Origin: Octopus vulgaris
Taxonomy: Eukaryota
NCBI GenBank assembly: GCA_951406725.2
Contig: OX597824.1
Span: 12,276,001-12,340,000 of the forward strand
DNA: 64,000 nucleotides
Direction: 5' to 3'
Made by a program: the position numbers and the translations under genes
Shown here: positions 14,036 through 27,165 of the stretch, piece after piece
How positions within the stretch are numbered: the stretch's first letter is position 1
Layout: each line of letters starts with the position of its first letter
The notes under the pieces: model-generated
What the model saw: only the letters and a program-made list of their open reading frames with translations
Told to the model about the DNA's origin: nothing
Databases searched by the model: none

Positions 14036-14268
14036 AAGGTGGCAAGCTGGCAGAAACGTTAGTACGCCGGGCGAAATGCGTAGCCGTATTTCGTCTGTCA
14101 TTACGTTCTGAGTTCAAATTCCGCCGAATCGACTTTGCCTTTCATCCTTTCCAGGTCGATAAATTAAGTACCAGTTCCGCACTGGGGTTGAGGTAATCGA
14201 CTTAATCTGTTTGTCTGTCCTTGTTTGTCCCCTCTGTGTTTAGCCCCTTGTAGGTAGTAAAGAAATAG
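14036..14268 (+). mobile_element. SINE family A
   Basis: Consensus match, flanked by the direct repeat ggtagacttaatccatt. Confidence 0.8.
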
Positions 14269-15111
14269 GTAGACTTAATCCATTATCTGGATTAAACCCA
14301 CCAAGTAGCACTTTGGGTGCCCTTTAGGAAAGTCCACCCAACTGCATATGTTTAGGCCAAAAGCCATTCTTTTGCAAAAGGACTCCACTCTGCTGTAAAG
14401 CATGTGGTTTAAGGACACCAAACTCTCTCCCACCCTGTCACCAGTCTCAGAAACCTGTGAAGGGTAATGGGTACTGCTTTCCCTCCTGAAAAAGTAAGAA
14501 CAAAAAACAGCAAAACAACAGCAATTAAACCCTCAATTATTTTAGTTTAATTTTTAATGATGTTATTTTTGGTAGGTTAGCTGTGACTGGCTTGGCTTAG
14601 AGTACAATTAAGACACAGAGATAACGAGAACTGGGTGAGACATTTCACTGACATTTCTAGAGATGATTATCCTTTCCGTATTCTAAGGTCATGTTGTTCT
14701 AAGATTTAGTTCTCAAGACATGAAATTCGTGCTTTAAAGGTAGCAGGCAAGTTTAGCTGTTAGACTATTCTGGTTCAGTAACTGAAAAGAAGGTTCTACT
14801 GATATGTTGGCTCACAGTTCAGTTTCCTGCACTGATTGTCTGTGTGATAATTCTGTTTAATCAACAGAACTGGCACCAAACCAGATACAAATACAGAGTG
14901 CCTGCATCGCAAATATGCCAGCTTTTCTGACGAATCATTATTCTTTTACTCGTTTCAGTCAAATCACTGTGGCCATGCTGGAGCACCACCTTTAGTCGAA
15001 CAAATCCACTCCTGGACTTATTCTTTGTAAGCCTAGTGCTTATTCTATCAGTCACTTTCGCTGAACTGCTAAGTTACAGAGATATAAACACACCAACACA
15101 CAAATATATAT

Positions 15112-15153
<42 letters not shown>

Positions 15154-15240
15154 TGTAAATTTAGGGTGAATACTTGATAAGTGTAAGCACCACTCTGCCA
15201 CTATCTGGCGTTTACAGGCATATATATATATATATATATA

Positions 15241-15424
15241 TTTGTGTGTATTTCGATTTTATTTCTCCGTCTTCCCTTCTTTGGACTTTGTCTATATTTC
15301 TGACGAAGAGCCCCGCTCGAAACGTTAAATCCTCCTTCTTTCTTTCCTTCCCTGAGTGTCCAATAACACTGTACATATTCCATATTCTCACATTGTTGTG
15401 TTTTCTCTTTTTATTCATGTTTGG

Positions 15425-15430
<6 letters not shown>
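15241..15430 (+). mobile_element. Penelope-like element terminal-repeat fragment in (TA)n
   Basis: Pyrimidine-rich segment between TA microsatellites containing ctgacgaagagccccgctcgaaacgtt, the signature of Penelope pseudo-LTRs. Confidence 0.65.
15296..15330 (+). ncRNA. Minimal type I hammerhead ribozyme motif (Penelope-type)
   Basis: ATTT-CTGACGA-A-GAGC(ccc)GCTC-GAAACGTT-AAAT: both core boxes, a 4-bp stem II, palindromic ACGT in place of stem III, and a 4-bp stem I. Confidence 0.6.
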
Positions 15431-15477
<47 letters not shown>

Positions 15478-16439
15478 TATATGACTCAAAATGTACCTTG
15501 TGAGGTAGCTCAATCATGTCTAATTAAACCCTAATCGCCTTTACGAAAAACAAAGAAATATGTTTCATAGTAAATACAGTTTACTATTTATATTTGATAA
15601 ATTGAGTCAATACCAAAAAAAAAAAAACAGGATGACATTATCAAGTTGTAAAACCAAATAAGGCAATCAATAAAAGACTTTGATGTGGCTCAGGCTGAGG
15701 GAAAAAGTGTCATTGTAGCTTGTAAAGTTAATCTCTTTTTCACATAGTCATTAAAACACAATACTAAATACAACGGAAGATATTGCTATTATATTGAATA
15801 AAAAATGTAAAAATATGAGATGGTCTCTCGCTCTCTTTCTCTCTTTCTACAGCATAATTAGATCTTTCAGTGACTAAGAAGAATATTTAACGATCTAAGT
15901 GTTATTATTTAATCAGGGCAGTTTTACTGTTGTTATCTTGGTGGTCGTTGTTTAACTACAAGTCCAATTGAATTAACCTATGATCAAAGGCTTCCCAGCC
16001 AGCTGTGACCATCACATCTGTTTTACCCTTGATGTTTTACTTGTTTAAGTCATCAGACTGCAGTCGTGCTGGGACACAGCTTTGAAGGGTCCAGTTAAAC
16101 AGTCAACCTCAGTACTTGTTACTTTTAAGTCTGGTGCTTATTCTGTTGGTCACTTTTGCCGAACTGCTAAGTTACTGACATGTCAATGAACCAATACCCA
16201 TTGTCAAGTGGTGGCGGGGGACAAACACAAAGAGACATATTTACATACAATAGACTTCTTTGAGTTTCTGTCAACCAAATCCACTCAAGGCTTTTGCCTG
16301 GAGCTATAACAGAAGACACATGCTCAAGGTCCTATGCAATAGGACTGAACCTGGAACCATCTGGTTGGGAAGCAAACTTCTTACCATAGAGCTATGTCTG
16401 CGCCAAAAAAATGTGCCCCAAATGAGAGACATAATGCAT

Positions 16440-16840
16440 CGTGGCTGTGTGGTTAGTAGCTTGCTTACCAACCACATGGTTCCGGGTTCATTCCCACTGT
16501 ATGGCACCTCGGGCAAGTGTCTTCTGCTATAGCCCCGGGCTGACCAAAGCCTTGTGAGTGGATTTGGTAGATGGAAACTGAAAGAAGCCCGTCATATATA
16601 TATATATTTTATATGTATGCATGTGTGTATGTTTATGTATCTGTGTTTGTCCCCCAACATCGCTTGACAACGGATGCTGGTGTGTTTACGTCCCCGTAAC
16701 TTAGCAGTTTGGCAAAAGAGACCAATAGAATAAGTACTAGGCTTCCAAAGAATAAGTCCTGGGGTCGATTTGCTCGACTAAAAGCGGTGCTCCAGCATGG
16801 CCGCAGTCAAATGACTGAAACAAGTAAAAGAGAAAGAGAA
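16440..16840 (+). mobile_element. SINE family B, head-to-head with an older minus-strand copy (~16030-16402)
   Basis: Consensus match in both orientations, with heads ~40 bp apart. Confidence 0.8.
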
Positions 16841-17031
16841 TATATTGTTTCGTTTTTTTTTCTTTGATGGGGGCAGAGGGGGGAGGATTTAAGACAGAAG
16901 AGTGTGATTGAGGGGAGGTTTAACTGCTATTTTCAACAGGCCAAGCTTCTTCATTTGTTCAATCTTTATAATATGAGTGAAGCTTAAAGAGGCTGTGTGC
17001 ACTTCCATATGAACTTACACCTAGTTCCTGT

Positions 17032-17497
17032 TAGCTGGCAGAAACGTTAGCATGGCGGGCGAAATGCGGAGCCGTATTTCGTCTGCCGTTACGTTCTGAG
17101 TTCAAATTCTGCCGAGGACGACTTTGCTTTTCATCCTTTTGGGGTCGATTAAATAAGTACCGGTTACGCACTGGGGTCGATGTAATCGAATTAATCCCAT
17201 TGTCTGTCCTTGTTTGTCCCCTCTATGTTTAACCTCTTGTGGGCAATAAAGAAATAGGTATTTTAAGGCAACGAGCTGGGAAAAACATTAACACGCTGGT
17301 CGAGATGCTTAGCAGTATTTCGTCTGCCACTACGTTCTGAGTTCAAATTCTGCCGAGGTCGACTTTGCCTTTCATCCTTTCGGGGTCGAAAAATTAAGTA
17401 CCAGTTACGCACTGGGGTCGATGTAATCGACTTAATTCGCTTGTCTGTCCTTGTTTGTCCCCTCTGTGTTTAGCCCCTTGTAGGCAATAAAGAAATA
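17032..17497 (+). mobile_element. SINE family A tandem pair
   Basis: Two head-to-tail copies. Confidence 0.8.
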
Positions 17498-18057
17498 GGT
17501 TAAGTGAACTGGAGAAATGTTGAATGAAGTGGATAGTCCAGAAAAATCCATGCAATGCTAAGAGCAGATTTGGATCCATGACCTACATACAAGCAGTTTT
17601 TTTTTTTTAAATATAGTTTAACAGTACAACCACCCCAGCCTCTACTATTTAAGTATACATGAAGATCTACTTGAAACATGTGGATATTGAATGAAAAATT
17701 CCATGTTCTGCTGCTCTATGGTAAGCAGCATGGGCTAATCAAAAAAACATCTATAAGTGATTGGTGGTCATGCTAGAAATAGCAGCCAAATCTCCCTCGC
17801 TCATACTACACCATATGCTTTAAAAAAAGACAGAGTGGATTATGTAATCTAGAGTATACTATATGTCTTTCTGGGTCTGACCTGGGTCTAAACAGCTGTA
17901 GCAACATTATACAGTATCATAACCTTATATTGTATTACATCTCTTTCTCTCTCTCACACACACTATTGCTATCTCACACTCATACACCTTATCATAGACT
18001 GTTTCTCTTTCTCTCTTTCACACACAGGTATGCACACATGTTATTGGTTACCCTGTT

Positions 18058-18105
<48 letters not shown>

Positions 18106-18604
18106 CATCACTCACTTAATCAAACAAACTATTTCAAAACTATCACACACTCTTCCTAAGATATCCATTCCATTACTGAAATTTCTGACAATTAAAAAAA
18201 AAGAAGAAAAAAAAGATAAATAATAATAATAATAATAATTAAAACATTCTTATAGTTCACTGAAGAAACCATACCTGTGAAATCGTAACTGCATAGAAGT
18301 CATGAATCTCAGCTTTACTGAAAATTCTCATTTAGAGATTTTGTAAAAATTATTAATGTTATCGCTCTTATCTGGATGGAAATAACATTTTCAGAATTGA
18401 ATTTCCATAGCAACAGACTCACAATCCAAGAACTTACTAAAATTCTTTACATCATTCATGGTTTATATTGAGAAAAATTTTTGTCGTTGTTGAAGACATT
18501 AGATGTTTTATATGTATGTATGCATGCATGTATGTATGTGAGTATATATGTATGCAGAGCCAAAGAGATTTATTCATGTATAATTACATGGAAAAGTGAT
18601 TTAA

Positions 18605-18824
18605 CCCTTTAGCATTCAGATTACTATGTCAAATATAATGCTTATTTACTCACATTGTTTTGAATCGACCATGTATAATCTCATAGCTTTGAGATTTTGA
18701 TGATGTGACTGCATATATTCAGAGTGACATTGTAGGGTAGGTATGAGAAACCAGATCAGGCCAGTTTGAATATAAAACATGCAGAATATCTGAGATAGAT
18801 GTGGCTGCTTTAAATGCTATGGAG
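18605..18824. mobile_element. piggyBac-like MITE
   Basis: TTAA|ccctttagcatt...aatgctatggag|TTAA. Same family as 4637-5117. Confidence 0.7.
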
Positions 18825-18849
18825 TTAAAGTATTTAGTTTCTTAGTTTA

Positions 18850-19085
18850 AATACCTATTTCTTTATTACCCACAAGGGGCTAAACATAGAGGGGACAAAC
18901 AAGGACAGACATAGGTATTATGTCGATTACATCGACCCCAGTGCGTAACTGGTACTTAATTTATCGACCCCGAAAGGATGAAAGGCAAAGTCGACCTCGG
19001 CGGAATTTGAACTCACAACGTAATGGCAGACGAAGTACCGCAAAGCATTTCGCCCGGTGTGCTAACGCTTCTGCTAGCTCACCTT
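18850..19085 (-). mobile_element. SINE family A
   Basis: Full copy, flanked by the direct repeat ttcttagtttaaatacc. Confidence 0.8.
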
Positions 19086-19559
19086 CTTAGTTTAAATACC
19101 AGAGTACTAAACCATCATTAGAGTGATTGAACAAAATGCCTGTGGTATTCCATTATAACCATTTAGCAGGATTTAGCTTAAATCCGGCAAAAGTCAACTT
19201 TAGTATTCAGGTTTTTCTTTTGGGTTCGAAGAAACAAAATACCAGCCAAATACTCGGGTCCATTTGATATTCCTATAAAAGCATCTTAACCCTTTCGATA
19301 CCAACCCTGCTGAAACCACCTCTGGCTCTGTAGTACAAATGTCTGGAGGACTGCTGCAATAGATGTGTGAATCTGAGAGGGGAATATGGTGAATAAAATC
19401 ATAATTAACTGATTCTCCTGTATTTTCTTTAATTCAAAGCCAGAAACTTTTCAGCACCCCCTCACATGCAATTATGCAGGACATGTGGCAATATATACAT
19501 TTGAATGTTGGTATGTAGTAAATATATGAAGGGGAGAGTGAGGGGGTAGAGGGTAACAG

Positions 19560-20030
19560 TGAAAGTATGTGTATGAGAGAGAGAGAGTATGAGAAAGTGT
19601 GTGTGAGAGAGAGAGTGTGAGAGAGAGAGAGTGAGAGAGAGAGAGTGAGAGAGAGAGAGAATGTGAGAGAGAGTGTGAGAGAGAGTGTGTGAGAGAGTGT
19701 GTGAGAGAGTGTGTGAGAGAGAGTGTGAGAGAGAGTGTGTGAGAGAGAGAGTGTGAGAGAGAGAGTGCATGAGAGAGAGAGTGCATGAGAGAGAGAGTGC
19801 GTGAGAGAGAGAGCGTGAGAGAGAGAGTGTGTGAGAGAGAGAGTGTGAGAGAGAGTGTGCGAGAGAGTGTGCGAGAGAGAGAGTGTGTGTGAGAGAGAGT
19901 GCGAGAGAGAGAGAGTGCATGTGAGAGAGAGTGCGAGAGAGAGAGTACGAGAGAGAGTGAGAGAGAGAGTGTGGCAGAGAGAGTGCGAGAGAGTGTGTGA
20001 GAGAGTATGTGACAGAGAGAGAGAGAGAGT
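19560..20030. repeat. Compound (GA)n/(GT)n low-complexity array
   Basis: Visible directly. It explains the ~255-aa SLSHT pseudo-ORFs. Confidence 0.95.
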
Positions 20031-20117
20031 AGATTGAAGATGAATAAATGCAAAGAAATCCAGAGAGGAAGATGGAAGGATAGAAATGGTGAATAACTGA
20101 AAGTACATGTGTGTGTG

Positions 20118-20155
<38 letters not shown>

Positions 20156-22444
20156 TGTGTGTGAAGAGGAAAGACAGACAGCGACCGGCAGAAAAGTAGA
20201 AGACCATATCAGATAGCTACACATGATGCACAAATACATTTGGACAGTAATAAAGTATTGGTACAGTGAAACCTATTGTCTAATTAAGTAAACTGTGTAT
20301 TTTCAGAACAAAGCAAGACGTCAGAATATAAGTCAGTAGATACTAGCTACAGTCATGCAACAGTGGTCACATCTAGTTAAATCCAGGACAGTGGAAACAG
20401 AATTAACACTATAATTTCAGAACTTAATTATATAGAAATGTATATATTAAACTGGATTTCTTTCCTGTGACTTGAGTTTCATGCCACAGTGATCATCAGG
20501 TGGTTATATATAAACAGACCACCAAGCAAATTCTTGAAACTGAACTTAGTTGACAGAAACTGAAAGAAGCCCATCATGAGTGTGTGTATGTGTGTGTGTG
20601 TGAGTGTATACTTGCATATAAAAAAAAATCAAATGGAAATTGTAGTTGTGATACCTGTGCCGGTGGCACGTTAAAAGCACCATCCGTATGTGGCTGATGC
20701 CAGCATCGCCTTGACTGGCTTCAGTGCTGGTGGCACGTAAAAAGCACCATCTGAACGTGGCCAATACCAGTGCTGCCTTCACTGGCGTCTGTGCCAGTGG
20801 CACGTAAAAAGCACCCACTACACTCACAGAATGGTTGGCATTAGGAAGGGCATCCAGCTGTAGAAACACTGCCAGATCAGACTGGAGCCTGGTGCAGCCT
20901 CCTGGCTTCCCAGACCCTGTACTCTTTCACCACAACTTTCTCTCACTCTTTCCTCCTGTTTCTGTTGTACCCGTATTTCAAAGAGCCAGCCTTGTCACAC
21001 TGTGTCATGCTGAACCTCTCCGAGAACTACGTTAAGGGTACATGTGTCTGTGGAGTGCTCAGCCACTTGCAGGTTAATTTCATGAGCAGGCTCTTCCGTT
21101 GATCAGATCAACTGGAACCCTTGTCGTTGTAACTGACGGAGTGCCATGATTATGCAATGTCAAAACAAGGGGACACACACATACATCACATCTGTGTGTG
21201 TATGTATGTGCATGTATGTGTGTGTGTGTGTGTGTATGACAGGCCACTTCCAGTTTCCATCCAACAAATCTCACAAGGCTTTGGTTCTCTTGGGGTTATA
21301 GTAAAAGGACACTCGTCCAAGGTACCAGGCAGTGGGACTGAACTGAAAAATCATGTGGTTGGGAAGCAAACTTCTTACCCACACAGCCATTGCTACCACA
21401 TGAAGTCCAATCCTTCAGTAACGATTCACAACAACCAATAAAATTACAGACATTTCTGATGATGATGAGAATCGCACTTTGAATTAAAAATTCCTCCTAC
21501 TGCAACATGGTGCAGATGATGGAAACACCAAGCCATTGTCCCATGAGACTAAAGAGAACTCTGATGAATATTATCTGTAGCATGACTCACTTGTTAATGG
21601 AATTTCATGAATATAAGAAAAATTCAGATATGGCTTCATTCTGTTAATTTTGTGGTGAATAAAGATCGGTTTTGGTAAATTACCACAGAACTGTAGATGA
21701 GCATACGATTGAGTTGACTCCAGTATACGATTGATATTTATCTCAAAATTAACTCAGAATAATTATGAAGGATAGTGAAAAACAAGTTTGGTCCTGACGA
21801 GATTTGAATGAAGTAACAGATAAGCAGTGACTTTTGGAAGAATTGGTACTGTGCTGGGAAAAATGCTTAGCAGTATTTCTTTTGACTTTATGTTCCAAGT
21901 TCAGATTTTGCTGGGTTTGACTTTTAGAGTCAACAAAATAAGTACTAGTTGTGCACTGGAGTTCTTGTAATCAAGGTAGCCCCTCCCCAAAAATTGCAGA
22001 CCATGTGCTAAAATTTGGAACCAATATAGGTATAATACCACAAACTTTCATGGAAGAAGTCTAATTGTTTAATTTGACCCAAGTATATGATTGCTTCTTG
22101 TTTCATCACAAAATAAAGTTGAATTGGTTGGGATTTGAACTCAGAATGTCAGCATCACCATCAACCCTTGGACATCAGTGTTTTGAGTTTTAGGACTCAT
22201 GAAGCCAGTTACCCACGTTCCATAGTGTATAAGTGACCAAGATCACAGCATTCCTCTTGAATGAGACACCAGTCCATAGCAGGATTACTCATTCACAGTT
22301 GAGGGGATTAAAACAACATGAAATGAAGTGTTTTGCTCAAGAATACAATGCACCACCTATTCTGGGAATTGAAACCACGATCACAAAATTGTGAACAAAA
22401 CACCCTAACCACTAGGCCATTGCACCTTCACAGAGAATGTAAAT

Positions 22445-23239
22445 CCATGGTTCTCAACCAGTTTTGGTCCAATTTTACTCTACTGGACCTCCTTAGCCAT
22501 GTGAAAAAATTCTACAGTATTTATATAAACAAATATTATTAGGGATTATATAAAAAAAAAACTATTGAGTTGTCCAGAAAGTTCATGCCAATTTTTAAAG
22601 GCAAGAAAAAGGTCAATAAATGCTTGCCATTACATTTTTAATCAACCAAATATGAACCATATTGTTGCACAATGCGTCTCCATCTTTCTTTCAATTTGAA
22701 AATACCCTCTTCCCAGAATTGAGGTGGTTTCATGGAAAAGAATTCATCAAGGTATCTTTTTACATCATCCAAAGAATTGAAATTTTTACCATTAAGACTA
22801 TTCTGCAGAGGCCTGAATAAGTGGAAATCTGAAGGAGCAATATCTGGTGAATATGGAGGGTGGGATAACACATCCCAGCCGAGCTGCAGCAATTTTTGTC
22901 TGGTTCCCAAAGCATCAAGTGCCGAAAATGAACTTCCTTATCTTCCATTTTAAAGGGTTACAGAATTAACACAGGTTATAGGAACATAAACCTTCCACGA
23001 AAAGATAGCTTAAACTGTGCTCTAAATGGAAGTGTAGTCAAATCCTATTTTATGGACTCAACCATGTTCTAAAATAGGTCAAAAGGTAAGCTACTATAAA
23101 TCGGCATGAACTTTCTGGACAACCCAATAAAATACATTTGTGTATTATAGAAATGTAAGCAATTTCTTGCACATAAATTTTAACAAAATCTTATATGGAC
23201 CCTTAAGGGTTATATATCAACCCCAGTTGAGAAGCACTG
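22445..23239. mobile_element. hAT-type MITE hosting the mariner
   Basis: Termini ccatggttctcaacc / agttgagaagcactg (CAGTGGTTCTCAAC-like) with an 8-bp TSD ATGTAAAT at 22437-22444 and 23240-23247. Confidence 0.8.
22565..23127 (-). mobile_element. Internally deleted mariner transposon (Tc1/mariner)
   Basis: TA-flanked ~30-bp TIRs (ttgagttgtccagaaagttcatgccaattt / aaatcggcatgaactttctggacaacccaa). The transposase N-terminus MEDKEVHFRHLMLWE is joined out of frame to the C-terminus LGWDVLSHPPYSPDIAPSDFHLFRPLQN...WRRIVQQYGSY, which contains the YSPDLAP motif. Confidence 0.95.
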
Positions 23240-23320
23240 ATGTAAATGGACATAACTAAATACCACAAGGAATTTTGTACATTGCTCTACTGATTCTGCC
23301 ACCCACTACCTTCCATAGAA

Positions 23321-23795
23321 TCTACTATAGTAATACTGTTGTGTTTTTCTCTGTCACAACATATGAATGAGAAAGGAAGGAGTGATAGATGAGTAAAGAA
23401 GGAAGGGGTGATGGCATACTGGTAGTGGGAGCGTTTCAACGCTGTGTGAGTATGTGTGAGTGTATGTAAAAGGGAAGTATTTGAACGTTTGTGTGTAAGT
23501 GTGTGTGTGTGTATGTGCAATGGTAGTGGGATGGTGAACATTCAACGCTAAAAAGAAAAATCAAACAGCGTTTCAACTCTGTATGAGTATATGTGTGTGT
23601 GCAAGGGAAGTATGTGAATGTTTGTATGCGTGAACCAGTGTTCTTGCAGTAACCAACGACGATGCATGTCACATCTCAAAAGACAATCACCAGGTAACAT
23701 TGACAAATGTGTTAATTTGATTTACCATCCATACTTATATATATAAAATACTACAAATAGCTGTCATTTTTTACGGCACGGGTGGGGTCAGCTAG
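23321..23795 (+). mobile_element. Possible non-autonomous Helitron
   Basis: Begins A|TCTACTATAG and ends gcacgggtggggtcagCTAG|T. A second TC-start-like motif lies at 23728. The hairpin is degenerate. Confidence 0.4.
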
Positions 23796-24471
23796 TAAAC
23801 AAACATTGGTAGACCGATATAAAGACTAATTTACACAGTGCACTACTAACACACTTCTGGACCACCTTTATCTTACATTTTCTGCACGAAACTGTCATTT
23901 AACACCTTGTAATGAAACGAGTTAACCTCTGAGCTCACCTGTGTATTATTTTAAACACAAAACAAAACAAAAAAACAGTACAAAAGAGAAGAAAAGAATA
24001 AATTCTTTGGCTTTCAATGAGAACAACTTTGTTGTATTTATTTAGCTCCTGAATATGAAACTAGAATAGACTGCTGCTGGCTGATGGTAACCTCTAACAG
24101 TGAAACAGGCAGTTGGGACACCGACTTTTGTTATATAATAGCAGGTTATTAGTAGCCTAGAAACTTAGCAAAGCCTGATGACATATATATCTGTGTGTGT
24201 CTTTGTGTGTGGGTATGAGAGTGTGTGTGTGTGTGTGTGTGTGCGTTATACATACAAATACACACACACAAACATATATATATATATATATATGTATTTG
24301 TACGTATATAGCTGTGTATGTGTTTTATATATATATATATATATATACACGCATGAATATATATACAAAGAGAGAGAGAGATATGTGAATGACAAAATAC
24401 ATGAGAGAGATATGACTCAATATAGAATTAAATACCATGAACCAATAATGATAGTGTGTGTGTGTGTGTGT

Positions 24472-24525
<54 letters not shown>

Positions 24526-26735
24526 AAGAGGGGGTGACAATAATCTGTTGGATATTTGAGCTCAAAGAAAGATCTCTGTTCAATGAACCAATCAAGAAGT
24601 TAACTAAAGACAAAAATATTTGAACTGCTGCCGACCTGACAATCAAATATTTTACTAATCCCTCAATTGTTTTTACTTTGCTTTTCAACATTTCCCCATA
24701 CTTTTCTATGTTTGTCTGGCTGAGGCTGTCTTTGTTATAGAAATCAAACCAGGTTTTAAAATCCTTATGGCAAAACTTGACTAAATGAAACTTTGTTATT
24801 GCTACTGTCACTGTATGAAGAAAGCATGTGGCCCAGTGGTTAGAGTGTTAGCTCATGATCATAAGAACGCAGTTTCAATTCCCGGCTGGGAGCAGTGTTG
24901 TGTTTTTGTGCAAAACACTTAATTTCACATGGCTCCTGTCCGCTCAGCTGCAAATGGGTCACCCTGTGATGGACCGGCATCCTGTTTAGGGGGAATGTTG
25001 TTATCTCATTTATAAGCCATGGGAACAAGGTAACTAGCTCAAAGGGCCTTAGGACTCAAGTCAGTACTTTACTTACTGCTGTTGTTGATGTTACTGATGT
25101 ATTTATACTAAACATAGTGTCTCCTAGCAGAGTTAATACAAGGGAGATAATCACTTCATAAATTTTGGTGTGATTAAAAGATTGCATATGAAATTAAGGA
25201 ATAAGGTAAAAAATTTGTAAAGTCCACATGTGCCATGCCTGTGCTGGTGCCACATAAAAAGCACTTGTGCTGGCAGCATGTAAAAAGTACTGTGTACGCT
25301 CTGTAAAGTGGTTGGCATTAGGAAGGGCATCCAGCTTTAGAAACTATGCCAAAACAGACAGTTAGAGCCTGGTGCAGCTCTCTGGTTTTTCAGCTCCTGT
25401 TAAACCATCTAACTCATGCCAGCAAGGAAAACGGATGTAAAAGGATGATGATGATGATGAAAAAGGTAAAAGATATATAGAATGCACATACTTAATCGTT
25501 TATTGGTATTGCTTCCTTATTATGAAGTTCTTAAAATTTCTAAACAGTGGTAATCATATATGGTATTATTTCATTCTTTTTAAAAATCAATGAGATCAAA
25601 AATGTATTGTGTCAAATTGATTTTTAAAAATCAATCAGATAAAAAGCATGCTGTCAAATAAACCGCTACCAATAAGAGTGAAGGAAAGAGTCTGGAGGTA
25701 TATAGATAAGACCCATCCCGACAGTGTTAGAGACATTTTGGCACAGCTGTTTTGGTGCCATCATCATCATCATCATCATCATCGTTAAACGTCCGCTTTC
25801 CATGCTAGCATGGGTTGGACGGTTCAACTGGGGTCTGGCAAGCCCGAAGGCTGCACCAGGCCAGTCAGATCTGGCAGTGTTTCTACAGCTGGATGCCCTT
25901 CCTAATGCCAACCACTCCGAGAGTTTGGTATTTCAGATTGGGACATTTTAACATTTCGTTTGTTTTCTCCATGGCTCTCCTTTCTCTCCCTCTCTTCATA
26001 CATGTGAACATCAAGTTATGTTAGTATGTATGTATAATGTCTCTTCCTCTCTCTCTCTCTGCCTCAATCTTTCTACTTGTATGTATATATCTGCACATGT
26101 GTTTGTGTATTTGCCTCCAGTGCCAAAAGCGTACTGTTACCAAAAAACAGGTTGAATGTCCACTCAATCATGTGAAACCATCAGCGTTCAAAGAGCTGTG
26201 CTCAATCATAAAATTCCAAATCTTTAAAATATCAGGTAAGGACCTGTAGAGAACTGAAACACAAATTTCAAAACAATTTCACCATAAAATACTTGCGGAC
26301 ACAGAGGTCAATGCTACCAGTAGCTACTTGATCCTGGCTCAAACAAATAATGGAGTTTAAGTGAGGAATGTTAACATTATAGCACCGGTGTCTTGCTTTT
26401 AAACTTGACACTATTCAAGGGTTCCAATGCTTTGAAATGGTCACATAAGAAAAAGATTGTTAGGCAGAAGTAAGCAAGTTGCACACAACCAAAACTACTT
26501 CAAATTTCACTCAACCAATTTAAAAAAGGAAAGAACACTTAAAAAAAGCAAGTACAGGCGTAGGAGTGGCTGTGTGGTAAGTAGCTTGCTTATGAACCAC
26601 ATGGTTCTGGGTTCAGTCCCACTGCGTAGCACCTTGGGCAAGTGTCTTCTACCATAGCCTCAGGCCGACCAAAGCCTTGTGAGTGGATTTGGTAGACGGA
26701 AACTGAAAGAAACCTATTGTATGTATGTATGTATG

Positions 26736-26774
<39 letters not shown>

Positions 26775-26775
26775 A

Positions 26776-27165
26776 GATGACTCATTTATCACTATTTGTT
26801 TAAAAAAAAACTCACTGTATTAAACAAGGACATATTTGATAATAATATTAACAGTCCTAGCTATTTCTACAAAGATCTTCACCGTTGTTCCCTGCAAATT
26901 TGGTGTCAATTAATCTACCATTTGTTTCATTTACAAAGTGCATAGAAACGACTCATTTATCACTGATTTATTTATTTATCATTTTTTAAAAATCAAACCT
27001 CTGTGTTAATCATGGATAGATGTAATAATAATATGAATAATCCTAGCCATTTCTTCAAAGGCTTCGCTTCTGTGGGCTGCGAGGTTGGTGTCAATGAATT
27101 TACCATTTGCTTAATTTACAAAGTACATAGAGATGACTTGTTTATCACTGATCTACATATCACTA
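26776..27165. repeat. Old tandem repeat, ~175-185 bp unit, ~2.2 copies
   Basis: gact(c/t)(a/g)tttatcact recurs at ~26779, 26950 and 27135. cctagc.atttct.caaag and ttggtgtcaat.aat.taccatttg.tt.atttacaaagt.catag each occur twice. Confidence 0.75.

Noticed and set aside
19434-20239. Longest ORFs in the track (255-257 aa)
   Set aside because: Read-through of a stop-free GA/GT microsatellite. No domain content.
24535-24811. ~95-codon non-repetitive minus-strand ORF behind an AG
   Set aside because: No recognisable motif. The apparent acceptor overlaps a SINE head and the frame runs into (CT)n with no clear donor.
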